From Patescibacteria group bacterium (lineage in GTDB: Bacteria; Patescibacteriota; Patescibacteriia; JACRDY01): a DNA stretch of 64,000 bases. This document shows, piece after piece, positions 15,010-23,445 of the stretch (positions are counted from its first letter, which is position 1; the number at the start of each line of letters is the position of its first letter). The DNA is taken from assembly GCA_041653535.1 (NCBI GenBank), contig JBAZFH010000002.1:173011-237010 (forward strand). The letters run 5' to 3'. A program made the position numbers and the translations under genes. Below the pieces are notes generated by a model. It was not told the origin of the DNA, searched no databases, and worked only from the letters and a program-made list of their open reading frames with translations.

Positions 15010-18000
15010 ATGAATGAATATAATCACCAAGAAATAGAAAAGAAATGGCAGAAGGTTTGGACAGGGCAAAATATTTATCGCACTCGAGAAGACAAGGGTA
15101 GACCCAAGTTTTACATTTTGGATATGTTTCCCTATCCCTCTGGTGTGGGACTACATGTTGGTCATCCCAAAGGATATATTGCTACTGATATTTTTGGTCG
15201 GGCTAAATCAATGCAGGGCTACAATGTGCTCCATCCCATGGGATGGGACGCTTTTGGCTTGCCGGCAGAAAACTACGCTATCCAAAACAAAGTTCATCCG
15301 CGCCAGGCGACAGAAGAAAATATCAAAACTTTCAAAAATCAGCTAGCCATACTCGGTTTCACTTACGATTGGGAAAGAGAAATCAATACTACTGACCCGG
15401 CGTATTACAAATGGACGCAGTGGGCTTTTATTCAGATGTTCAAAAAAGGTCTTGCTTACGAATCATACGAGCCGATCAACTGGTGTCCATCTTGCAAAAC
15501 CGGTCTAGCCAACGAAGATCTGGAAAACGGTCTTTGCGAACGTTGCGGTTCAGAAGTAGAACGTAAACCCATTCGACAGTGGGTGCTAAAGATTACCGAT
15601 TACGCCGACCGACTACTAAACGATTTGGAAAAATTGCCGGACTGGGAAGAGTCGATCAAAGAAATGCAGAGGAATTGGATTGGGAGGTCGGAGGGGGTAG
15701 AGATAGAATTTAAAATTAAAAATAATGGTGAGCAGCAGTATAACCCACCAATTAATTGGTGGGTTAACAGTGGTGACGGAGACGTTTGGTTTTTTGTTAC
15801 TTTCCCGACTTACAGCCGAGGTTTATTTTTTGAAGAGCAAGGTGAGGCTCAGAAAATAATCAATATTTTTGAGCAGATTGTTAAGGAAAAAAAATATCAA
15901 GTGGCAGATATCGCGGTTATGCCAGAGCACGTACACCTGCTTGTTAAACGCGGAAAAAAAGACGATTTGGAAAAGATTGTTAAAAACCTCAAAGGTATTA
16001 GTTCTCGTTTGTATGATCAAAGCGAGGAGCATTTATGGGCTAAAAGTTTTGAATACGAAACGATAGAGAACCAAGTAGATTTTGATAAGGTGATTAGTTA
16101 TTTACAAAATAATCCGATCAAGGCGGGTTTGCCAAAAGATGGTAGACTTTTATCCGAGTATCGGATGACTACGATTGGTGGGTCAGTCGACAGGATTAAG
16201 GTGTTTACTACTCGACCGGACACGCTCTATGGCGCAACTTATTTAGTATTGTCGCCGGAGTACGCGTGGTTAAACTCAGTGTCGCCGGAGTACGCGTGGT
16301 TAAACCACCAATTAATTGGTGGTTTAACCAATGCAGATGAAGTGGTGGCTTATATCGAGAAGACCAAGCAAAAAACCGATCTAGCTCGCCAGGCGGAAAA
16401 AGAAAAAACCGGCGTTGAGTTAAAAGGCATCAAAGCTATCAATCCGGTTAATGGCGACGAGCTGCCGATTTTTATTGCCGACTATGTTTTGTCCAGTTAC
16501 GGCACGGGAGCTATCATGGCAGTGCCAGCTCACGATGAAAGAGATTTTGAATTTGCCAAGAAATTTAACTTGCCGATCATTCCGGTTATTAAAGATGAGG
16601 ATAAAGATAAACGTGGAACAATTTTGGTTATTCATGGACTATGCGGAAATTCTAATGAAAATTGGTTTCCGTGGTTAAAAGATAATGCCCAAAAAATTGG
16701 TTATGAGGTTTTAGTCCCAGATCTACCAAATGCAGATGAACCAAAAATGGAAGAATGGTTGTCGGTTTTAGCTGGTCTAAAAGAAAAATTAGTTGGTGAG
16801 ATAATTGTAATTGGTCATAGTTTGGGCGCTGCAGTGGCTTGTAAATTTGTTGAAGAAAATAATTTGAAAATAAATAAGTTAATTTTAGTTGCGCCGACTG
16901 GGTCAAGTCAAGGTGAAGATAATTGGCAAGCGTTAAAAAGTGCTGGTGTAACAGATAGTGGCATTCAAGCAATTAAAGATTTTAACGGAGTGAAAATTGA
17001 TTGGAAAAATTTGCAAAGTTTAATCGAAAGTCCGTTTATTTGTATGTCAGACAATGATCCATATATTCCGTTGGAAGTTCAGAATGATTATAAAGGAATA
17101 AATCCGGCAATTAGAATATTTTCTAACTGCGGTCATTTTAATCAAAAAGCGGGTTTTATCAAGTTTCCTGAATTAATGGCGGAGATCATGGATGGGGCTT
17201 ATGTCGGCAAAGGTGGTTTGGTTAATTCAGGAGAATTTGATGGTATGGAAGTTGATGAAGCCAAGAAAAAAATTACTAAAAAAGTTGGCGGCAAACTGAC
17301 CGTCCAATACAAACTTCGCGATTGGGTGTTTTCTCGCCAGCGTTATTGGGGCGAGCCGATTCCGCTCGTCAAATGCGACAAATGCGGCTGGGTAGCAGTA
17401 CCGGAAAAAGATTTGCCGGTCGAGCTTCCTGATGTAAGATTTTACGAGCCAACCGGTACGGGTGAATCACCGCTAGCTAATATTACCGACTGGGTAAATA
17501 CCACTTGCCCGGAGTGCGGCGGACCAGCTAAACGTGAAACCAACACCATGCCACAGTGGGCTGGATCATCTTGGTATTATTTACGTTATATCGATCCGCA
17601 CAATGATACGGCGCTAGTCGACAAGAAAAAAGAAAAATATTGGTCGCCGGTTGATTTTTACGTTGGTGGAGCTGAGCACGCGACACGACATTTGATTTAC
17701 GCTAGATTTTGGCACAAATTTTTGTATGATATTGGCGCGGTAAATTATGATGAGCCGTTTAAGAGATTGCAACACGTTGGATTGATACTAGCTGAAGACG
17801 GTCGCAAGATGAGTAAGCGTTGGGGCAACGTGATAAACCCAAACGATATCGTCCGCGATTATGGCGCTGACGCCATGCGTGTTTACGAAATGTTTATGGG
17901 ACCTTTTTCGCAACCCTGCGCTTGGAGTACAGATGGGTTGGTTGGAGCTAGAAGATTTTTGGTTAAGATATGGAAATTGCAAGATAAAGTAAAGGAGACG

Positions 18001-18474
18001 GAAATTGAGAAATTAGAAATTAAGAAATTGGTTCATAAGACGATTAAAAAGGTTACCGAAGATATTGAAAACTTTAGGTTCAACACCGCTATCTCGGCGA
18101 TGATGATTTTGGTTAACGAAATGGAAAAGGAAGAAAGTATTTCAGCCGCCAATTTTCAATTTCTCATTTCTATATTATCTCCTTTTGCTCCGCATATCTG
18201 CGAAGAGTTGTGGCAAAAGCTTGGTCACATTGACAGTATTACTGTGCGGCCTTGGCCGAAATATGACGAGAAGCTGATTGTTGACGACGTTGTTAGCTTA
18301 GTCGTTCAGGTCAACGGCAAACTAAGAGAAAATATTGAAGTAGCAAAAGACATCACGGAAAAAGAAGCAACCGAGCTGGTGCTAGCAAGCGAAAAAATAC
18401 AGAAATGGCTAGAAGGGAAAACACCAAAGAAAATAATTTTTGTTCCGGGTAAATTAATTAATATAGTTGTTTAA
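15010..18474 (+). CDS. leuS: Leucine--tRNA ligase carrying two large in-frame insertions (HUH-transposase-like and alpha/beta-hydrolase-like).
   Basis: Class I motifs are present: PYPSGVGLHVGHP (HIGH), the NWIGRSEG zinc-domain end, FTTRPDTLYGATY (editing-domain start), AVPAHDERDFEFAKKF, NSGEFDG, RDWVFSRQRYWGEPIP and KMSKRWGN (KMSKS). At 1154 aa it is about 300 aa longer than typical bacterial LeuS. Confidence 0.9.
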   Translation: MNEYNHQEIEKKWQKVWTGQNIYRTREDKGRPKFYILDMFPYPSGVGLHVGHPKGYIATDIFGRAKSMQGYNVLHPMGWDAFGLPAENYAIQNKVHPRQATEENIKTFKNQLAILGFTYDWEREINTTDPAYYKWTQWAFIQMFKKGLAYESYEPINWCPSCKTGLANEDLENGLCERCGSEVERKPIRQWVLKITDYADRLLNDLEKLPDWEESIKEMQRNWIGRSEGVEIEFKIKNNGEQQYNPPINWWVNSGDGDVWFFVTFPTYSRGLFFEEQGEAQKIINIFEQIVKEKKYQVADIAVMPEHVHLLVKRGKKDDLEKIVKNLKGISSRLYDQSEEHLWAKSFEYETIENQVDFDKVISYLQNNPIKAGLPKDGRLLSEYRMTTIGGSVDRIKVFTTRPDTLYGATYLVLSPEYAWLNSVSPEYAWLNHQLIGGLTNADEVVAYIEKTKQKTDLARQAEKEKTGVELKGIKAINPVNGDELPIFIADYVLSSYGTGAIMAVPAHDERDFEFAKKFNLPIIPVIKDEDKDKRGTILVIHGLCGNSNENWFPWLKDNAQKIGYEVLVPDLPNADEPKMEEWLSVLAGLKEKLVGEIIVIGHSLGAAVACKFVEENNLKINKLILVAPTGSSQGEDNWQALKSAGVTDSGIQAIKDFNGVKIDWKNLQSLIESPFICMSDNDPYIPLEVQNDYKGINPAIRIFSNCGHFNQKAGFIKFPELMAEIMDGAYVGKGGLVNSGEFDGMEVDEAKKKITKKVGGKLTVQYKLRDWVFSRQRYWGEPIPLVKCDKCGWVAVPEKDLPVELPDVRFYEPTGTGESPLANITDWVNTTCPECGGPAKRETNTMPQWAGSSWYYLRYIDPHNDTALVDKKKEKYWSPVDFYVGGAEHATRHLIYARFWHKFLYDIGAVNYDEPFKRLQHVGLILAEDGRKMSKRWGNVINPNDIVRDYGADAMRVYEMFMGPFSQPCAWSTDGLVGARRFLVKIWKLQDKVKETEIEKLEIKKLVHKTIKKVTEDIENFRFNTAISAMMILVNEMEKEESISAANFQFLISILSPFAPHICEELWQKLGHIDSITVRPWPKYDEKLIVDDVVSLVVQVNGKLRENIEVAKDITEKEATELVLASEKIQKWLEGKTPKKIIFVPGKLINIVV
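15741..15766. repeat. Perfect 26-nt palindrome TAACCCACCAATTAATTGGTGGGTTA (left REP-like hairpin).
   Basis: Read directly. It is self-complementary across its whole length. Confidence 0.9.
16250..16305 (+). repeat. 26-bp direct tandem duplication (TGTCGCCGGAGTACGCGTGGTTAAAC, twice, 4-nt spacer) abutting the right palindrome.
   Basis: Copies at 16250-16275 and 16280-16305. The peptide SPEYAWLN is encoded twice in frame. Confidence 0.85.
16298..16329. repeat. Perfect 32-nt palindrome GGTTAAACCACCAATTAATTGGTGGTTTAACC (right REP-like hairpin).
   Basis: Read directly. It shares an 18-nt core with the left palindrome. Confidence 0.9.
16611..17202 (+). other. In-frame YdeN/RBBP9-like alpha/beta serine-hydrolase domain inserted in leuS.
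   Basis: ILVIHGLCGNSNENWFPWLKD...LPNADEPKMEEWL...IVIGHSLGAAVACKFVE (GxSxG nucleophile elbow)...ILVAPTG. Collinear with the B. subtilis YdeN serine hydrolase family (PF06821). Sits between the AVPAHDERDFEFAKKF block and NSGEFDG, where canonical LeuS has about 20 residues. Confidence 0.65.
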
Positions 18475-18475
18475 T

Positions 18476-18964
18476 ATGATGGAAGGTGGTGAAATAATAG
18501 AGCAAAGAAAAACAGACGGTTCTGGAGTTAAAGAAGAGGCGGCTTTGCTTATAGAGCTTCAGGCTGCAGCGGAAAAAGAATTGTCAGATTTGATTTCCCT
18601 TTTTGAGAGAGAAATCACTGCTCCTACCAAACAATTTTCCTTATTTATAAAAAATTCCGTCGAGAGGCTGAAAAACAATCGTGACAGTGGGGGTGGTGAA
18701 ATCAAAGATGGTTTTAATGATATCTTTTCTCGTTATAATGCGGTTTATTCCAAAAGAAAAGAGGATGGAGTTTTTCGTCACAACCTTTTTGATTATTTTG
18801 TTCACGCGGTAGGCGTTTTGGATTTGTTGAAAATGGATATTGATGAAGGCAAAGACAGTAAAAAAAGAAGAAAACAGGCGTTGGAGCTCATTCGTTATGA
18901 CTATGAAAAAGCCAAGTCTTTTCTGGCGCAAAAAATAAACGGTTCTAACGGAAAAGAAGTCTAA
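18476..18964 (+). CDS. Hypothetical protein.
   Basis: 163-aa ORF. ATG at 18476 is 1 nt after the leuS stop. No recognisable motifs. Confidence 0.5.
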   Translation: MMEGGEIIEQRKTDGSGVKEEAALLIELQAAAEKELSDLISLFEREITAPTKQFSLFIKNSVERLKNNRDSGGGEIKDGFNDIFSRYNAVYSKRKEDGVFRHNLFDYFVHAVGVLDLLKMDIDEGKDSKKRRKQALELIRYDYEKAKSFLAQKINGSNGKEV

Positions 18965-18969
18965 GTTTT

Positions 18970-19671
18970 ATGCAAGCAGTGATACTAGCCGCCGGTCGTG
19001 GCGTACGTATGCAGCCTTTGACTTACGAAATACCAAAACCGATGCTCCGAGTGCAAGGCAAACCCATACTTGCTTACACCATAGATTTGTTGCCGGCAGA
19101 AATCGACGAAATTATTATTGTTGTTGGTTATCTCGGCGATCAGATCAAGGAATATTTCGGGCAAGACTACAACGGTAGAAAGGTTGTTTATGTCGAGCAG
19201 CAAGAACTGCTCGGTACAGGGCACGCATTGTCTTTATGTCGGGATATATTGCACGACAGATTTCTGGTTTTGATGGGAGATGATATATATTCTGCTGCCG
19301 ATATTCCGCGCTGTTTGGAGTACGAGCAAAGTATACTTGCCAAAGAAGTGACAGCCGAAGAAAAAAGAAATTACGGGGCGTTTGAAATAAACGACAAAGG
19401 AGATCTGATCGGTATTACCGAAAAAGAATTGCCGACCGGAGATAAGTTTTTGGTCAACACCGGTTTGTATGTACTAGACATGACATTTTTTGACTACGAT
19501 TTAGTCTCGATCAAAGACGGCAAAGAGTTTGGCCTACCGCAGACACTGGTGAATGTGGCCAAAGATCATCCGATCCGCATCGTGAAAACAGATTACTGGT
19601 TGCCGATAGGTTATCCTGATGATATCGAAAAAGCGGAGATATATTTGAGGAAAAATGGAGTGATTAGATAG
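18970..19671 (+). CDS. Sugar-1-phosphate nucleotidyltransferase (NTP_transferase family).
   Basis: 233 aa. The MQAVILAAGRGVRMQP...PKPML N-terminal G-x-G-x-R nucleotide-binding motif, then LGTGHA. Confidence 0.75.
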   Translation: MQAVILAAGRGVRMQPLTYEIPKPMLRVQGKPILAYTIDLLPAEIDEIIIVVGYLGDQIKEYFGQDYNGRKVVYVEQQELLGTGHALSLCRDILHDRFLVLMGDDIYSAADIPRCLEYEQSILAKEVTAEEKRNYGAFEINDKGDLIGITEKELPTGDKFLVNTGLYVLDMTFFDYDLVSIKDGKEFGLPQTLVNVAKDHPIRIVKTDYWLPIGYPDDIEKAEIYLRKNGVIR

Positions 19672-19705
19672 ATACTAGCCGCTAGCCGCTAGCGGCTAGT
19701 ATCTA
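19669..19705. repeat. Perfect 37-nt palindrome overlapping the stop codon of the nucleotidyltransferase gene.
   Basis: TAGATACTAGCCGCTAGC-C-GCTAGCGGCTAGTATCTA: 18-bp arms around a single central C. No adjacent U-tract. Confidence 0.85.
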
Positions 19706-19761
19706 GGTCTTAGTATTTAGTATCTAGGGAACATTATCGCTTAATTTATAACCACCGTCCT

Positions 19762-20298
19762 ATGAACCTAGACGAAAAGATTCGCAAGATTCCCAATTGG
19801 CCAAAAGAGGGTATTTTGTTTTACGACGTGACTACGCTTTTTGAAGATCCGGCGGCGCTACGTTATACTATCGACAAAATGATCGAGCCGTATCGCGGAC
19901 AAAAAATCGACAAGATAGTAGCTATCGACGCGCGCGGATTCTTGCTCGCAACGCCAATGGCGCTAGAAATGAACACCGGAGTATCTCTAGTCCGCAAGAA
20001 AGGCAAACTACCCCACAAAACTGTGGAAGCTAGTTACGAAAAAGAATATGGTCCAGATACGATAGTCATGCACGAAGATACTATCAAACCCGGGGAAAAG
20101 GTTTTGATTGTTGACGATCTGCTTGCTACCGGCGGCACGATGCTGGCGTCAGTGGAGCTGGTACGAAAGCTTGGAGGAGAGGTAGTGGGTGCTAGCGTTT
20201 TGGTAAACCTGTCGTTTTTGCCAGGGCTGGAAAAGTTGAAAGCTGAAGGAATAAGAGTAAATTATTTGGTGGAGTATAATAATGAGGCGGTAGTGTAA
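19762..20298 (+). CDS. apt: Adenine phosphoribosyltransferase.
   Basis: 178 aa with the VLIVDDLLATGGT PRPP-binding motif. Typical APRT length. Confidence 0.9.
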   Translation: MNLDEKIRKIPNWPKEGILFYDVTTLFEDPAALRYTIDKMIEPYRGQKIDKIVAIDARGFLLATPMALEMNTGVSLVRKKGKLPHKTVEASYEKEYGPDTIVMHEDTIKPGEKVLIVDDLLATGGTMLASVELVRKLGGEVVGASVLVNLSFLPGLEKLKAEGIRVNYLVEYNNEAVV

Positions 20299-20318
20299 TC
20301 TAATAATGATAAAAAAGC

Positions 20319-21104
20319 TTGTTTATGGATTTGTTTAAAAGTGCGGCAAAAGGTTATACGAAATATCGCGGAGAATATCCTAAAGAAGTAATTGAGAAAA
20401 TAATTGCTAAATTAAATTTAGATGGGTCAGGGCGTCTTTTGGATATCGGCTGTGGCGACGGCACATTAACCTTCGCATTATCGAAGTATTTTAAAGAAGT
20501 AGTTGCAGTGGATATAAGTATTGAAATGATAAATGAAGGGAAAAAAAGAGCCAAAGCATTAGGTGTTAACAATATTAATTGGATCGTAAAGAGCGCCAAT
20601 AGCTTAAATGATGATATCGGCAGATTTGATTGTATTACAATTGCTAAAGCGTTACATTGGTTTGATATAGAAAAAGTTTTATCTTTAAGCCATAAAATTT
20701 TAAAACATAATAGCGCAATTGTTATTTTAGGAGGAAAGAGTATTTGGAATTATGCACCAACAGAATGGGAGAAAAAAATAATTGAAATTATTAAAAAATA
20801 TCTTGGACCGGAAAGGATGACTATAAATGGCAAATTTCTGGTTTCACAAAAGCCCTACGAGGGTTATTTAAAGGAAGCGGGTTTTAAAAATATAAAGGTG
20901 TTTGGATATACTACGCCCAAAGGTCCTAAAACAGTTGACGAAGTTTTAGCCGAGCAGTTTTCGACTTCCTATGCGGCAAAAGAGCTTTTTGGCAATAGAT
21001 TAATCAATTTTGAACAAGAGTTGAAAAATGAATTATTAAAGATTCGTCCAGATAACAAATTTGTCAGCGAGTCTAGAGGAGATGTAATTATGGGGTTTAA
21101 ATAA
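20319..21104 (+). CDS. Class I SAM-dependent methyltransferase.
   Basis: LLDIGCGDGTLT motif I, acidic motif II (VDIS) and a Rossmann-fold layout. Confidence 0.8.
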   Translation: MFMDLFKSAAKGYTKYRGEYPKEVIEKIIAKLNLDGSGRLLDIGCGDGTLTFALSKYFKEVVAVDISIEMINEGKKRAKALGVNNINWIVKSANSLNDDIGRFDCITIAKALHWFDIEKVLSLSHKILKHNSAIVILGGKSIWNYAPTEWEKKIIEIIKKYLGPERMTINGKFLVSQKPYEGYLKEAGFKNIKVFGYTTPKGPKTVDEVLAEQFSTSYAAKELFGNRLINFEQELKNELLKIRPDNKFVSESRGDVIMGFK

Positions 21105-21136
21105 TAGTTGAATGAATTAAGAATAATAAATAAAAT

Positions 21137-21868
21137 ATGAAAATCGGCATTATCGGTGGTAGTGGTCTAGATGATCCAAAGATTCTAGAAAACGCCACAG
21201 AAAAAGAAGTGGAGACACCTTATGGTATGCCTGCCAGTGCTTTGATTATTGGTAAAATTGGTAATACTGATGTAGTGGTGGCTTCACGCCATGGTAAAGA
21301 TCACACTATTACTCCAACGCACGTTCCTTTTCGCGCCAACATTTGGGCGCTCAAAGAAGAGGGCTGCACCCATATTTTGGCAACCACTGCTTGCGGCTCG
21401 CTACGCGAAGAAATTAAACCGGGCGACTTGGTTTTTATCGATCAGTTTATTGATAACACCAAACATCGGATTCTGACTTTTTTTGAAGATCGGGTAGTAC
21501 ATACGCCAATGGCCGAACCGTTTAGTCGGGAACTGCGCGACAAACTTTCAGCTGCAGCTAAAGACCTTGGCTTTGCTTATCACGATAAAGGTACGATGGT
21601 AACTATCGAAGGACCGCGCTTTTCTACCAAAGCCGAATCGCATATGTTTCGCGCTTGGGGCGCTGACGTGGTTAATATGTCGACAGTACCTGAAGTGATA
21701 CTAGCTAACGAGCTTGGCATTCCTTATCAATCAATTGCTATGGCAACAGATTATGACTGCTGGAAAGAGGATGTTGAGCCGGTAAGCTTTGAAATGATTT
21801 TGCAGCGGATGGCGGAAAACGCCGATAAAGTGAGGAAGCTGATTATCCAGGTAATAAAAAATTTTTAA
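21137..21868 (+). CDS. mtnP: S-methyl-5'-thioadenosine phosphorylase (MTAP/MtnP family; predicted also to cleave 5'-deoxyadenosine).
   Basis: 243 aa. [13 protein letters not shown]...[10 protein letters not shown]...[27 protein letters not shown]...[17 protein letters not shown]...[13 protein letters not shown]...ATDYDCWKE is almost collinear with eukaryotic and bacterial MTAP. Confidence 0.9.
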   Translation: MKIGIIGGSGLDDPKILENATEKEVETPYGMPASALIIGKIGNTDVVVASRHGKDHTITPTHVPFRANIWALKEEGCTHILATTACGSLREEIKPGDLVFIDQFIDNTKHRILTFFEDRVVHTPMAEPFSRELRDKLSAAAKDLGFAYHDKGTMVTIEGPRFSTKAESHMFRAWGADVVNMSTVPEVILANELGIPYQSIAMATDYDCWKEDVEPVSFEMILQRMAENADKVRKLIIQVIKNF

Positions 21869-21896
21869 CAATTTAATAATTTAATTAAAAAAAAGT

Positions 21897-22445
21897 ATGA
21901 AAAAAAATTGGCAAATATTTGTCGTTTTGGCAATAATAATTTTGGCAGCTGCTTCGCGCTTAGTTCATCATCCGTTTAATTTTACGCCGATCATTGCTTT
22001 GGCGTTATTTGCTGGTTGTTATTCCAAAAAACATTGGGCGATAATTTTGCCTTTGGGAGCGATGTTGGTCAGCGATTATTTTATTGGTTTTTATGACTGG
22101 CAGGTGATGGCTTCGGTCTACGTCGGTTTTGCCATCGCTTTTTATATCGGTTGGTTTTTAAAAAAACACAAAACCTGGTACGGGGTTGGTGCCGCAGCGC
22201 TTATTTCCTCGGTGGTGTTTTTTGGGGTAACCAATTTCGCAGTTTGGGGATTTTTTGAATGGTATCCGCATACTTGGGCGGGGCTGGTTTCTTGTTTCAC
22301 CTTAGCTTTGCCATTTTTTCGCAACAGCTTAGCCGGAGATCTGATTTACAGCGCCGCTTTATTCGGATTATTTGAAACAGCTATTTATTTCGTAGATAAA
22401 AAAAATTGGATAAAGCAAAACACGACTTCTCCGGAAAAGGTGTAG
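21897..22445 (+). CDS. Polytopic membrane protein (about 5 TM helices), function unknown.
   Basis: 182 aa. Hydrophobic segments throughout. No catalytic motif recognised. Confidence 0.55.
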   Translation: MKKNWQIFVVLAIIILAAASRLVHHPFNFTPIIALALFAGCYSKKHWAIILPLGAMLVSDYFIGFYDWQVMASVYVGFAIAFYIGWFLKKHKTWYGVGAAALISSVVFFGVTNFAVWGFFEWYPHTWAGLVSCFTLALPFFRNSLAGDLIYSAALFGLFETAIYFVDKKNWIKQNTTSPEKV

Positions 22446-22461
22446 TTAATGTCTAAAAAAT

Positions 22462-23421
22462 ATGGATAGTCAAAAACAAATTTCGATTGTTATTCCTCTT
22501 TACAATGAAGCAGGCAATCTCGAAAAATTATACAGCGACCTAAAAGATGTTTTAGCCAAAATTTCTTGTTCTTGTAATTATGAAATTATTTTTGTTGACG
22601 ACGGCAGTACCGATGGCAGCACCGAAATGGTTTTGCGTTTTGCTGCGAATGATCGGGCGGTAAAAGTGATAGAGTTCTCTCGTAACTTTGGTAAAGAGCT
22701 CGCTATAACCGCCGGCGTAAATAATTGCGAGGGAGATGCCTGTATTATCATGGATGCCGATTTACAGCATCCGATCGGGTTAATACCGGAGTTTGTCAAA
22801 AAATGGGAAGCAGGCGCCGAAGTGGTAGTGGGTGTTCGTGAAAAAAATAAAAACGAAGGTTTGACAAAAAAAATCGGTTCAATCCTTTTTTATAAAATTA
22901 TCGGTATGATTAGCGAGACAGAAATGGTGCCGCGTTCAACCGACTACCGTCTGCTTGACCGTAAAGTGATAAAAGAGTTTAACCGCTTTACGGAAAAAAA
23001 TCGTATTACCCGTGGATTAATTGCTTGGCTCGGTTTCAAAAAAGATTATATTTATTTTGCCGCCAACGCGCGCTATTCGGGCAGAGCCAGCTATGGATTT
23101 TTTAAACTAATCAAGCTGGCTTTATCGGCTTTCGTTACTCATAGTCTTTTTCCGCTAAAATTGGCCGGCTATGTTGGGGTTTTTATCACCATTTTTTCCG
23201 CAATAACCGGAATTTTTATCTTTACCGACAAATATATTCTCAATAATCTTTGGAACCTCAACTTTACCGGGACGGCTTTGCTAGCGGTTTTAATCATTTT
23301 TTTCGTCGGCATCATTCTTTGTTGCCTGGGATTGATCGCTCTGTATATTGCCAATATTCATGAAGAGGTTTCTCATCGGCCTCTATATATTGTCCGCCGC
23401 AGAGAAAACTTTGATAATTAG
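22462..23421 (+). CDS. Polyprenol-phosphate hexose transferase, GT2 (GtrB/CsbB/ArnC/DPM1-like).
   Basis: ISIVIPLYNEAGNL...IFVDDGSTDGS...FSRNFGKE...IMDADLQHP...RGLIAWLGF...YSGRASYGF. Two C-terminal TM helices, the classic architecture. Confidence 0.85.
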   Translation: MDSQKQISIVIPLYNEAGNLEKLYSDLKDVLAKISCSCNYEIIFVDDGSTDGSTEMVLRFAANDRAVKVIEFSRNFGKELAITAGVNNCEGDACIIMDADLQHPIGLIPEFVKKWEAGAEVVVGVREKNKNEGLTKKIGSILFYKIIGMISETEMVPRSTDYRLLDRKVIKEFNRFTEKNRITRGLIAWLGFKKDYIYFAANARYSGRASYGFFKLIKLALSAFVTHSLFPLKLAGYVGVFITIFSAITGIFIFTDKYILNNLWNLNFTGTALLAVLIIFFVGIILCCLGLIALYIANIHEEVSHRPLYIVRRRENFDN

Positions 23422-23445
23422 CAGGCAGTTCAATTTATTTATTTT

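Larger units (their letters stand above)
15741..16329 (+). mobile_element. REPtron-like unit inside leuS: an IS200/RAYT-like HUH tyrosine-transposase domain bracketed by two perfect palindromes.
   Basis: The translated segment contains VTFPTYSRG..., VMPEHVHLLV (HuH), LWAKSFEYETI (Tyr region) and ISYLQNNPIKAGL (Y1 transposase C-terminal motif). Palindromes sharing the core CCACCAATTAATTGGTGG lie at 15741-15766 and 16298-16329. Confidence 0.6.

Noticed and set aside
15741-16329. Intein as an explanation for the leuS insertion.
   Set aside because: It has no Cys/Ser at an N-terminal splice junction, no terminal His-Asn, and no Hint blocks. The motifs present are HUH / Y1 transposase, not intein or homing endonuclease.
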